In this document: positions 53,457-62,911 of the stretch, piece after piece
How positions within the stretch are numbered: position 1 is the first letter of the stretch
Layout of the letters: every line of letters starts with the position of its first letter
DNA from: Azolla caroliniana
Lineage: Eukaryota > Plantae > Polypodiophyta
NCBI GenBank assembly: GCA_043228905.1
Contig: JBHGNT010000013.1
Span: forward strand, 18,538,001 to 18,602,000
DNA: 64,000 nt
Reading direction: 5' to 3'
Position numbers and translations under genes: made by a program
Notes under the pieces: model-generated
What the model was told of the DNA's origin: nothing
The model's database searches: none
What the model saw: only the letters and a program-made list of their open reading frames with translations

Positions 53457-55244
53457 TCATTTAACCACACCATATAGATTAGTCAGCATTGTGTATGGTC
53501 CTGTATTATTTGGATCTAACACAATTACATGCTTTGCAGCCCGTTCACCCCTTTCGAGATCACTCCGATATCTGCATGCACTCAGTAATGCTCTTATAGA
53601 TACTGTGCCATAAGGAATCGGCATGCTATTTAAAACGTTTTCTGCTTCATCAAGCTTTCCAGTTCTTCCAAGAAGGTCAATGACACAATTAAAATGTTCA
53701 CAAGTTGGCATCAAACCATAGTCTTGATACATTGACCTTAGAAAATCACATGCCTCATTGACCATTGCTAACCTACTACACATGGTTAAGATGCTTGTGA
53801 AAGTAATAAGATCTGGTAATGCTCGGTTGGATTGCATCCTTTTATAAAGTTCCTCAACATTTTTGGCCTCCCCATGTAGTGCATATACATCAAAAATGGC
53901 ATTCCATGAGACCGTATTGCGCTCATGCATTCCGTCAAAGACCTCTTGTGCCTTTACAAGCTCACCACATTTACCATACATGCTGATGAGAGCATTGCAA
54001 ACTAGAATATCTGTGTGCTGGCCGCTGATGATAATCAAGGCATGCATTTGTATTCCTTTTAACAAAGCTGTTCTAGAAGCACATGTTGACAGAATGCTAG
54101 AAAAAGTGGTCTTATTTGGTACCACTATCCCTTGAGATTGCATGTCCGAAAATAACTGGAAAACGTCATCTACCTTGTGGTAGTAGGAACAGCTAGAAAT
54201 CATAGCATTCCATGAAACCAAATCATGCATCGGCATTGTATCAAATACATGATGTGCCTCTGTTAGGTTTCCAAATCGTCGATACATTCCAATAAGAGCA
54301 TTTCCTAAGCTTATATTCGAATTCAAGGTTAGGCTCTTCACGATGCGAGCATGCATCTGTTTCCCTCTACATAAGCTTTCTTCTTGACTTGATGAAGAGA
54401 ATGCTGAGATAACATTGAGAAAAGTCACATCAGTGGGCATTATACTTTCCTTTAACATGTGAGAGAACAAGCAACTGGCATGAGAAGCTTTGCCAGAACG
54501 AGCATAAGCTGAAATCATGGTGTTCCAAGAGATGACATTTCGTTCTGGCATGACCCGAAACATCAATTCAGCATCTATTATACACCCACACTTACCATAC
54601 ATATCTATCAAGGCTGTATTCACCATGACATCTATGTCAGCGGCATCCAATCCAGTGAGGTAAGCATGGACATGAAGTCCTACTCGTAAAATTGTATGAT
54701 TTGCACACATATGGAGGATGACAACAAAAGTGATGGTGTTTGCCATGGCACCCTCTTGCTTCATTTGTTCGAACATTTGAAAAGCTTCTTGTGAATACTT
54801 GCTATGCTGTATAAGCACAGAAATGAATGCATTCCAGGAGGCCACATTCTTCACATTCAAACCATGGAAAGCAATCCTTGAACAACAAGTCGTAGGATCG
54901 CATCTACCGTACATGCTAATGATGGCATTTCCTAGAATTACATGTGAATTCAGGTCTCCTTCCATGGCAAGGGAATGTAAGAACTTGCCATAAACCATGT
55001 CCGTGCTTCGAGAAAAGGAGGAGAGAAGGGACAGAAGAGTTGACTCATTAGGAAGGTAACACTCCTGCAACATCCTGTTGTAGGCTTGGAAGGAGACTTG
55101 TTTGCTCTGCTTGCTGGTTTTGGAATGTGAAGAATTGAGATGGTTAACAGGGAAAGATCCATGGCTGCTGTCTAGAAGGAGGTGGGTTTGTGTGAAGGAT
55201 CCATGGCTTCTTCTTATAACTAGTCGATATCCATGTCTTCTCAT
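53457..55244 (-). CDS. PLS-class PPR protein with N-terminal targeting peptide, ends in a partial E domain, no DYW
   Basis: 595-aa single ORF with an R/S/H-rich N-terminus and PLS repeats (ALIDMYGKCG, VISWNTMISAYA). Ends HFNCVIDLLGRTG…ALLSAC…LDPNNTGPYTMLTNLYGVVK*. Confidence 0.95.
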   Translation of the reverse strand: MRRHGYRLVIRRSHGSFTQTHLLLDSSHGSFPVNHLNSSHSKTSKQSKQVSFQAYNRMLQECYLPNESTLLSLLSSFSRSTDMVYGKFLHSLAMEGDLNSHVILGNAIISMYGRCDPTTCCSRIAFHGLNVKNVASWNAFISVLIQHSKYSQEAFQMFEQMKQEGAMANTITFVVILHMCANHTILRVGLHVHAYLTGLDAADIDVMVNTALIDMYGKCGCIIDAELMFRVMPERNVISWNTMISAYARSGKASHASCLFSHMLKESIMPTDVTFLNVISAFSSSSQEESLCRGKQMHARIVKSLTLNSNISLGNALIGMYRRFGNLTEAHHVFDTMPMHDLVSWNAMISSCSYYHKVDDVFQLFSDMQSQGIVVPNKTTFSSILSTCASRTALLKGIQMHALIIISGQHTDILVCNALISMYGKCGELVKAQEVFDGMHERNTVSWNAIFDVYALHGEAKNVEELYKRMQSNRALPDLITFTSILTMCSRLAMVNEACDFLRSMYQDYGLMPTCEHFNCVIDLLGRTGKLDEAENVLNSMPIPYGTVSIRALLSACRYRSDLERGERAAKHVIVLDPNNTGPYTMLTNLYGVVK

Positions 55245-55444
55245 TATAATGAAGGATTTATTTTGGTTTGTTGGCTTTTTCAGTCGACATGAAAGAGTTT
55301 CATGAGTGATCTCGTTGGCGGTAGGACATTATAACAAATAAATATATCTCAATCGGCAAAAGCAAGACGTACATTGGTAAAACAAGAGGGCGCCTGCCTC
55401 AATGTGTGATGACCATTGGCATGTGGGTGACCATGTTCGTATGC

Positions 55445-55486
<42 letters not shown>

Positions 55487-55487
55487 A

Positions 55488-55887
55488 TATGGATGTAGCT
55501 CAGTTGGTAAGGTTGCCCAATGGAGATCAGGTGGTTGTGGGTTCAACCCCTACATTCCACAGTGGCATCTAGTGAATTAAGAGATATATAAGAAGTATAT
55601 AATAGAGAGGTGAGGAAGTTGGGTTTTGCACCCAGAACACAATGCTTGTAGTGCTAACAACTTACCACTAGGGTAAGGTAATTACGATAAAAGAGAGAGA
55701 TTCTACTTCTGGTTGTGGGTTCAACCGCTACATTCCACAGTGGCATCTAGTGAATTAAGAGATATATAAGTAGTATATAATAGAGAGGTGAGGAAGTTGG
55801 ATTTTGAACCCAGAACGCAATGCTTGTAGTGCTAACAACTTACCACTAGGGTAAGGTAATTACGATAAAAGAGAGAGATTCTACTTC
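55488..55887 (+). mobile_element. tRNA-derived double-headed element with a 178-bp tandem duplication, between (GA)n tracts
   Basis: A box TAGCTCAGTTGG, B box GGTTCAACCCC; reverse-strand TAGTGGTAAG…GGTTCAAAATCC. 55532-55709 is repeated at 55710-55887. (GA)n at 55446-55483. Confidence 0.82.
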
Positions 55888-56069
55888 ATCTTCAGAGGTC
55901 AAACATGACTTGTGAGACCAAAAATATTACATTTCACGTGATACCTTTGAAAGTGAGTAGTGAATCTTGATGTTCAAGAACTTTACCGATGAATGTTGTA
56001 ATTGAGAATACACATTATGGTTGTGAGAGAAATTCGTGGAAGGATTGGGCTTGGTTAGAGAGAGAGAGA

Positions 56070-56173
56070 GTTCCTTCGGGGACATTTGATAAAATTGGAA
56101 CGATACAAAGAAGATTAGCATAGCCCCTACGCAAGGATGACACACACAAATCGAGAAATTGTCCAATTTTTTT
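56070..56173 (+). pseudogene. Full-length U6 snRNA copy, probably non-functional
   Basis: GTTCCTTCGGGGACATTTGATAAAATTGGAACGATACAAAGAAGATTAGCATAGCCCCTACGCAAGGATGACACACACAAATCGAGAAATTGTCCAATTTTTTT. The ACAGAGA box is mutated to ACAAAGA. Upstream is (AG)n, not USE/TATA. Confidence 0.93.
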
Positions 56174-56232
56174 ACTTGGGCCAGAACAATATTGGGATGG
56201 TTGACCTCCCGGGAAGTCTTGGTGTTGCACCC
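56174..56232 (+). pseudogene. 3' half of 5S rRNA fused directly to U6
   Basis: CTTGGGCCAGAACAATATTGGGATGGTTGACCTCCCGGGAAGTCTTGGTGTTGCACCC-TTT matches plant 5S nt ~60-119, including the mature 3' end and the C-box region. Confidence 0.88.

Positions 56233-56236
<4 letters not shown>

Positions 56237-56292
<56 letters not shown>
56237..56292. repeat. (AG)n microsatellite
   Basis: Perfect AG run. Similar runs at 24966-24986, 31336-31362 (TC), 38789-38806, 39399-39436, 40027-40049 and 55446-55483. Confidence 0.95.
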
Positions 56293-56295
<3 letters not shown>

Positions 56296-56616
56296 CTTGA
56301 TGGTTGGGGAAAGGGGGGGAGAGAGATTTTCTCTCTTTGTAGGCTAAAAGGGAAGTTGACTTGGCAATTTTTGCAACTATATTGTAAGGGGATGTTGTTC
56401 CAAAATGAGGTAGATTTATATCATCTAGTATTACAATACTAACCTTGCCATATCGCTACTAATGAATTAGTGGAGATAGCAAGGGTTGTATCATCATCTT
56501 GTTTTAATAACAAATATAGATTTACGAGAAAAAAAAGAGATGTTATTATTGTCGACGGATGTTAAATATGACCTATGAAACAAAAACTATAACATTTTTC
56601 ACAAAATACATGTGAA

Positions 56617-56870
56617 TAGCAGTTGGAAATGGCTCGTTTGAAGCCTAAATGAAGCTGCTAAATAGTTTCTAAATAGTTTGGTGACTCGGTTCAACTCTGT
56701 TCAAGCTTGAGCTTCATTAACTAGTTTAGGCATGAACTGAACAAGTTTGGGCCACATAGGTTGACACTTAACTAGTTTGGTTCAAGTTTGAAAACTAGTT
56801 AAGGCTTAACAGAGTTGGTTTAGTCAATGCCACATCGGTTAAGTTGAAACCGAACTGCTGTCGATCCCTA
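56617..56870. mobile_element. Degenerate hAT-type MITE
   Basis: Ends TAGCAGTTGGAAATGGCTCG and CGAACTGCTGTCGATCCCTA. 8-bp TSD CATGTGAA / AATGTGAA. GGTTCAA/TTAAC motifs as in the other MITEs. Confidence 0.7.
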
Positions 56871-57639
56871 AATGTGAAGGTGTGTAGCAACTCTTGATGT
56901 TCAAGAACTTTACTAATAAACGTTGCAATTGGGGGTGCATGTAATGAATGTGAGAGAAATTTGTGCAAGGATGTGGGGAAAGCATAGTCAAATATGATCA
57001 AAGGCAAAGAACACTATCAAATTCTGATACTCAGAATCCTAGACTTGTTTACAATGAAGTGTGTACAATTGACTACTCTCATTGCTTGTGCCCCAATGTC
57101 TTGTCTCACATAGCATAGCGGGAGAGATGTAAATTTATGAACTAAATCATGATTACAAATATGGTTTACATGAAGGCATGTGTGCTAAAATAAAATGAAA
57201 AGCTTCATGAAAATGACCAATTAGTAATTAGAATGATTATTAAATTCGTTTTATAAGCATGAAATGCAAGCTATGATGTATAGAATGAGTGATGGTGATG
57301 GAACATGATATCAGATGTTGACTTGTGAAAGTGGGGTGAGGTTATGATGAAGGTCATATCAAGTGCATCAAGGTGGCATCTATGGGATGGGCATGGCCAA
57401 CAATGGTATTCAAGAATTGGTGTTGGTATGGTTCATGTGCCTCATATATTCTTGATAGTCACATCCTGCATTGTCCATTGTCATCAACATTCCTTTGTTC
57501 ATTCAACAATGGAGGTCTGGGCCTTTGGAGGAAGTCCATGATGAGTGTTTGCCTCTATAGTAAGGTGTTAATTTAAGGGTTTATTCTTCAACGCATGAGT
57601 TGAACTAGTGTAGGAGATAATTGGATTACAAGAGCAAGA

Positions 57640-58010
57640 GATGCATCTTCCTTAGATACAACCTAGAGTTAATTAGATAAGATAAGATTTGACTTTTTAT
57701 TTAACATCCACAAGGAGGCCAAATTTGATTATGGAATTGAATAAACATATCATCTTATGTGTGACTCCTTAGGAACAGGGGTTTATGATATTTAAATTAT
57801 CATCCTCATCTAAAAAGTCATCATACTTCTCATGAATGACATTAGATGTTAAGCACGAGAGAAGTGATATTCATTGTATACCATGCATACCTTCATTCTT
57901 AGGTGATGATGTCATGATACTACCTCAACACTTAACTTGGGTGAATGAGTTTGAAAAAGTGTAAGGGCTCTTCAAGAGCCAAGGATAATGGGGTGGTAAA
58001 ATGCAGCTCA
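57640..58010 (-). mobile_element. Fragment related to the 3' part of the old LINE at 8.3-8.65 kb
   Basis: GAGAAGTGATATTCAT…GGTGATGATG.CATGA..CTACCTCAACAC.TAACTTG…GGCTCT…CCAAGG is shared with 8488-8632. Confidence 0.7.
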
Positions 58011-60186
58011 TTGGTTGTAGAATTTATTATCTAGCTAAGGAAGATGATATCTTGACTTGATGATACTTAGTCAAGATGTGGAATTTGATGAAGGCCTTTA
58101 TACCTTGGATGGGAGATTCAAAAGATTTAAAGGAAGATACCAAGAATTATCAAAAGGTGGAACATGTGCAAGAGTTGAAATAAGGAAAAGCTGATAAGAA
58201 TGAGGATCTTGTGAACCCTAAGTAACTTGATTCAACTCAAGCTCATGGAATGCTACTTCTAAGTGTTGGGATTAACTCCATATTGTTGAACTGAGTCCAT
58301 AGGCAAAAACATTATGTTTGACTTTTTGTGATTTCTTTACATTCAGTTTCAGTATAGTTAAGTCTATTCGGCAACTTCATTTCATTCTAGTTAGTTAAGT
58401 TCTTTGTGAGAGGTTTAGAGTTAGCTGGTAGTAATTAACATCTTGTCAGTGGCTAGGAAGCACTTGACACTTATCCCTTCCCACATCGTTGGCAATAGGG
58501 TAAATGTCAACCTAAGCTCCCAATATGATGATCTTGATGTGAGAGGAAGAACTCAACCGAATGAGAAGTGTAGGAAGAATCTTACACACATTTCTGTCAT
58601 TATTGGGGAGTTTGGGACGACATCTCCCTGCTGTTGAAAACAAAGATGATAAACGAATAATGACAAATAAGAAAAGAAAATGAATGAAGATACTTGTTCA
58701 ATGTTCTTACGCAATTATAAATATGAATAAAAATGCAATGTACTATAAGGTATAATTGGTATATACTGAATATTATATATAGAATAAATATTATAATTTA
58801 TAACTATAGCTAAGTATAAGTTATGGTTGTTATATATAACAATAACTATATAGCAAATATACTAATAAATTGCATGGAAAGGCTTCGATGGTGGTGTAGT
58901 TAGGAGTGTCATTAAAGTGGTGTGATAAATGATGAACATGTTGAGGTGTATTACATATTGTATTAGAGATGTTAAGTTGAAAAATGTTGTGTTGGCACTT
59001 ATGTCACCTCAAATCATATCATGTGGCAATTGGGTACCCCTTATCTTGTTTATGTTGATGGCAAGCGTGCTTGTCGCATGCCATACCTAAGAAATATAAC
59101 TTCGTTCATACATGCTATGTAAGCTTAAATGAGATTTTTGAGGCGCCATGATTATGTGAGATAGTGGTAATACTTGTGACGGTGAAGGAAAATAGAACAC
59201 AGTAGGAAAAATCAATTTGTTTATATTCAAACTAACTATAATTATAGATAAAGTATAACTATAACATAAATACTGCTACATACGCAATCTAATTATTATT
59301 ATTGTATGTAAACTATAACTATGTATTACTATATAGCAATACTATATCTAGTATGATGATAATTATATATGTTCTTTAAGAAGGAAATAATTTCAATATA
59401 TTGATATTTGATGAATTTAATATAGAGTTCAATCTCTAAATGGCCCTCAATCCAGGTTTAGTACAAAATATGCCCTTCTTGACTTAAGTTTTTAAATTTG
59501 AAACATTAATGACAAATATTCAATTATAAAGATATTAAAAAAAGAAAAAGTAATCCTTTTTATAAAGTTAAAAAAAGCATAAGATAGTTTCAAAGAAATT
59601 TTCCATTAGATTTTGGTCTTTGTGAACAAACAAAGCCAAAATCTAATGTGTAAGATCTAACTTTTGCGTTTTAGGTGCTCAATCTAAGACAATACTGAAA
59701 AGTTTCTCATAGACAATATTTAATAGTATTTTCTCTAGTATTCATGGGGGAAAAAATAGAACAATTAAGCATATTAATACATATGTGATCAAGTATTTTA
59801 TTGATAGTGATAGCAAAAAATATATAAAAACAACAAAAATGAACATTGATTACACGCGTAATTAGGGAGTGATGTTAAAAGCTTGAAGGGGTTAAATAAC
59901 CTCAATCTCTCTCTACACACTTAAACTTTAAATTAATGCAAAGTTTAACTATGCTGAGAATGTTAATACAAATATCTTAATCATACATCAAGATGAAATA
60001 TATGAGGAAAAAATTGATAGAAACATGTCACATTTAATTATCAATAACCAAACCTTCTTTACTCTTTACTATGCAAAACACCCCCTTTACACTTGAGATA
60101 AAATTAAGCATTAGAAATTCTTAAATGTGAATGAGGTTCAAGTTAGCGAACAAGAACAAGAACAAAAGATGCAACTTTCGTATAAG

Positions 60187-60316
60187 GTTAATAAAACCAA
60201 CAAACGCAAGGAAATATGCAAAAGGTTCTCAATTGTTTTTAAGAATGCCACTATTTTTTTCCATTAGTTAATAAAACCAACAAACTCAAGGAAATATGCA
60301 GAAGGTTCTCAATTGA
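60187..60316. repeat. ~49-bp direct repeat (period 80)
   Basis: GTTAATAAAACCAACAAAC.CAAGGAAATATGCA.AAGGTTCTCAATTG at 60187 and 60267. Confidence 0.85.
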
Positions 60317-60321
60317 GTGTA

Positions 60322-61743
60322 CAGTAGACATTCGGTTAAGTGCGTGCCCACTTAAATGTGCCATTTTATTAAGTGCTCTTTTTATAGAGGTAAAAAAAGA
60401 GATCATAAAAATTTCATTATTTCATGATGAAATTACATAAAACCAAATTGAAACTATATTCTAAACATTCAAAAAACAACAAAATGATCAACATTTAATA
60501 AAATTGATGTTGTGAACCACAAAATGAATTGAACTTAGATCTTGCATTCCTATCATTGCATAGGTTGGGTGAGGGTCAATGAAGTGAAAACTATCGATTG
60601 GTTAATCAATTAATAGCTCATTATGTGGACTCATATTAGGGGAAAGCTATTAATTGATTAATCGCTCATTATGTGAGCTTACATAAAGGAAAAACTATTA
60701 ATCGATTAATAGCTCATTATGTGGACTCATATTAGGGAAAGCCATTAATCGATTAATAGTTCATTATGTGAGCTCACATAAAAGAAAAACTATTAATCGA
60801 TTAATAGCTCATTATGTGGACTTACATTAGGGGAAAGCTATTAATTGATTAATAGCTCATTATGTGGATTCACATTAGGGGAAAGCTATTAATCGATTAA
60901 TAGCTCATTATGTGAACTCACATAAAGGAAAAACTATCAATCGATTAATAGCTCATTATGTGGACTCACATTAGGGGAAAGTTATTAATTGATTAATAGC
61001 TCGTTATGTGGACTCACATTAGGGGAAAACTATTAATCGATTAATAGCTCGTTATGTGGACTTACATAAAAGAAAAACTATTAATCAATTAAAAGCTCAT
61101 TATGTGGACTCACATTACGGGAAAGCTATTAATTGATTAATAGTTTTTCTTTTATGTGAGTTCACATAAAACAAAAACTATTAATCGATTAATAGCTCAT
61201 TATGTGGACTCACATGAAGGGAAAGCTATTAATCGATTAATAGCTCGTTATGTGGACTCACATAAAAGAAAAACTATTAATCGATTGATAGCTCGCTACT
61301 CTTAGGTATTTTTGTAGCACTATCTCAACCAAGTACGTGGATCGTTTCTCTTAAACCACATGCCACAATTCAAACTAACGACATCACGCACAATCTCTAA
61401 ACGATTACAATCTAAAATATATAGAGAATCAGGCCATCTAAACTATCCACAAGACCTCCCTTCTCTTCAGAATCTTTCTCTCGTATTCATAGCATAGACA
61501 CCAAAAAATAGACATAAGAAAGAAAGGTGGTGAGTGACATGGATTGCAGCAGCGTGGGAGCGATTATAGCAGCAAGGAGGGCCTCAACGATGGCTGTTGG
61601 GGTTGGGCTTTCTCAAAATTAGAACAGGAAAGAAAAAATTGGGATTTTTTTTATTATTACTAAAAAAGCCCTAAATGCGCAGCTCGGTTAAGTGCGCACT
61701 TTTCCCTTGCGTTCAAAGTGCGCACTTAACCGAATGTCTACTG
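60322..61743. mobile_element. Non-autonomous Tc1/mariner (pogo-like) DNA transposon
   Basis: Perfect 23-bp TIRs CAGTAGACATTCGGTTAAGTGCG and CGCACTTAACCGAATGTCTACTG, with TA duplicated on both sides (60320-21, 61744-45). No transposase ORF. Confidence 0.92.
60598..61296. repeat. 48-bp tandem array (about 15 units) built from two palindromes
   Basis: Unit CTATTAATCGATTAATAG-CTCA-TTATGTG(GA/AG)CTCACAT(TAGGGGAAAG/AAAAGAAAAA). Confidence 0.95.
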
Positions 61744-62911
61744 TATATTAAATAACTATTTCCATTAGTTAAGTCAATGTACATAGGATAATATACACTT
61801 ATATCTTACAGGCCAACTTGCATGGAGAAAAGAAAACAACATGTATAAAGGAATCAACAAAAACTCCTAATCACCACATCATCCACTGAGCACAGAATTA
61901 CTCGGCCGCATACCCTCAACGTGACCCTCACACAACCCGAATTTAGCATAGATATCCTCCAATCTCTTCACATGGCAACACCCATCTATAGTTAGCTACA
62001 CTCGGAGGGAACAACCACTGTGGTGGTTGATAAATCCATTTTACTTTGTCATCCACCATCTGCAGTATCGAAGAACCTCTCCATTTCAGAAGGAAACGAG
62101 CTCTAGCTTCTTCACTCGCGTTCGAGGGCCATGGGTGCCACTTATCTCTTATTAGCATGCACCACTACCTTTTCCTTCAAGCATGCACTTGTTCTTTATT
62201 TTGCAATGGGTGCCATGTTTCCAACAAAAAGTATGTAGACTTGTTCACATTTATCGCACGCTTCTTTATCAGCACTTATGTATTGTAGCTCATATTTCCC
62301 CCTGTATTGCCTTTCGTGGGCATTAGATGCTCGACCCTTTTGTTTCAATGGTCAACTCTTACAATTTGAGATAATATTCTTCATCTTTTTTTCTTCTTTC
62401 TAGTGGTCACCTTGACTAGAATCTCGACCTATTGTAAAACTTGAGTTTTTGGTACTTTTCTCCTTTTGAGCATGCCACTTCACAACAATTTGAAGGGATG
62501 GGTGTTCGGCATTCCTTAGTCACAACGATGTAATGTTTATTACCATTGAAAAACTCTTCATTAATCTAACTCTAAATCTCTCATGAAGAACTAAGATTGA
62601 AAATAAGTTACCCAATAGAATTAACTACATTTAGAAACTAAATGTAAAGAAATGACCCTAAAGGGTCAAATTGCATCGTTCTTCAATTAATAGTAATCCC
62701 TTCTAACAAAAGTGCTTACGACCTTAAGATAGATGACATAACCTTTAAGCGAAGTTCATTATTGTAAGTTAACATTAGAAATTAATTAGAGAAAGAGAAA
62801 AAAGATATCTAGATTAAGTGATGAGAAAGTGAATAAGAAGTTGTACCAAAATTATTTTGTGTCTGTCATAACCAACAAGGTACGAGGCATGAACATCAAA
62901 TAGTGTATGTG

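Noticed and set aside
56070-56173. Functional U6 gene
   Set aside because: No USE/TATA upstream, the ACAGAGA box is mutated, several stem transitions are present, and it is fused to 5S.
56174-56232. Cassandra TRIM LTR or a 5S rDNA array unit
   Set aside because: Only the 3' half is present, ending at the mature 5S end, with no LTR ends or second copy and no tandem 5S units.
56229-56240. CCTTTAAGAG shared between the 5S/(AG)n junction and the LINE terminus
   Set aside because: Ten low-complexity bases in the wrong relative orientation for a LINE-tailed chimera; likely chance.
58479-58488. TCCCACATCG matching the plant snRNA upstream sequence element
   Set aside because: No properly spaced TATA box and no recognisable snRNA downstream.
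60598-61296. CRISPR-like appearance of regularly spaced palindromic repeats
   Set aside because: The intervening sequences are two recurring variants rather than unique spacers, there are no cas genes, the context is eukaryotic, and the array lies inside a MITE.
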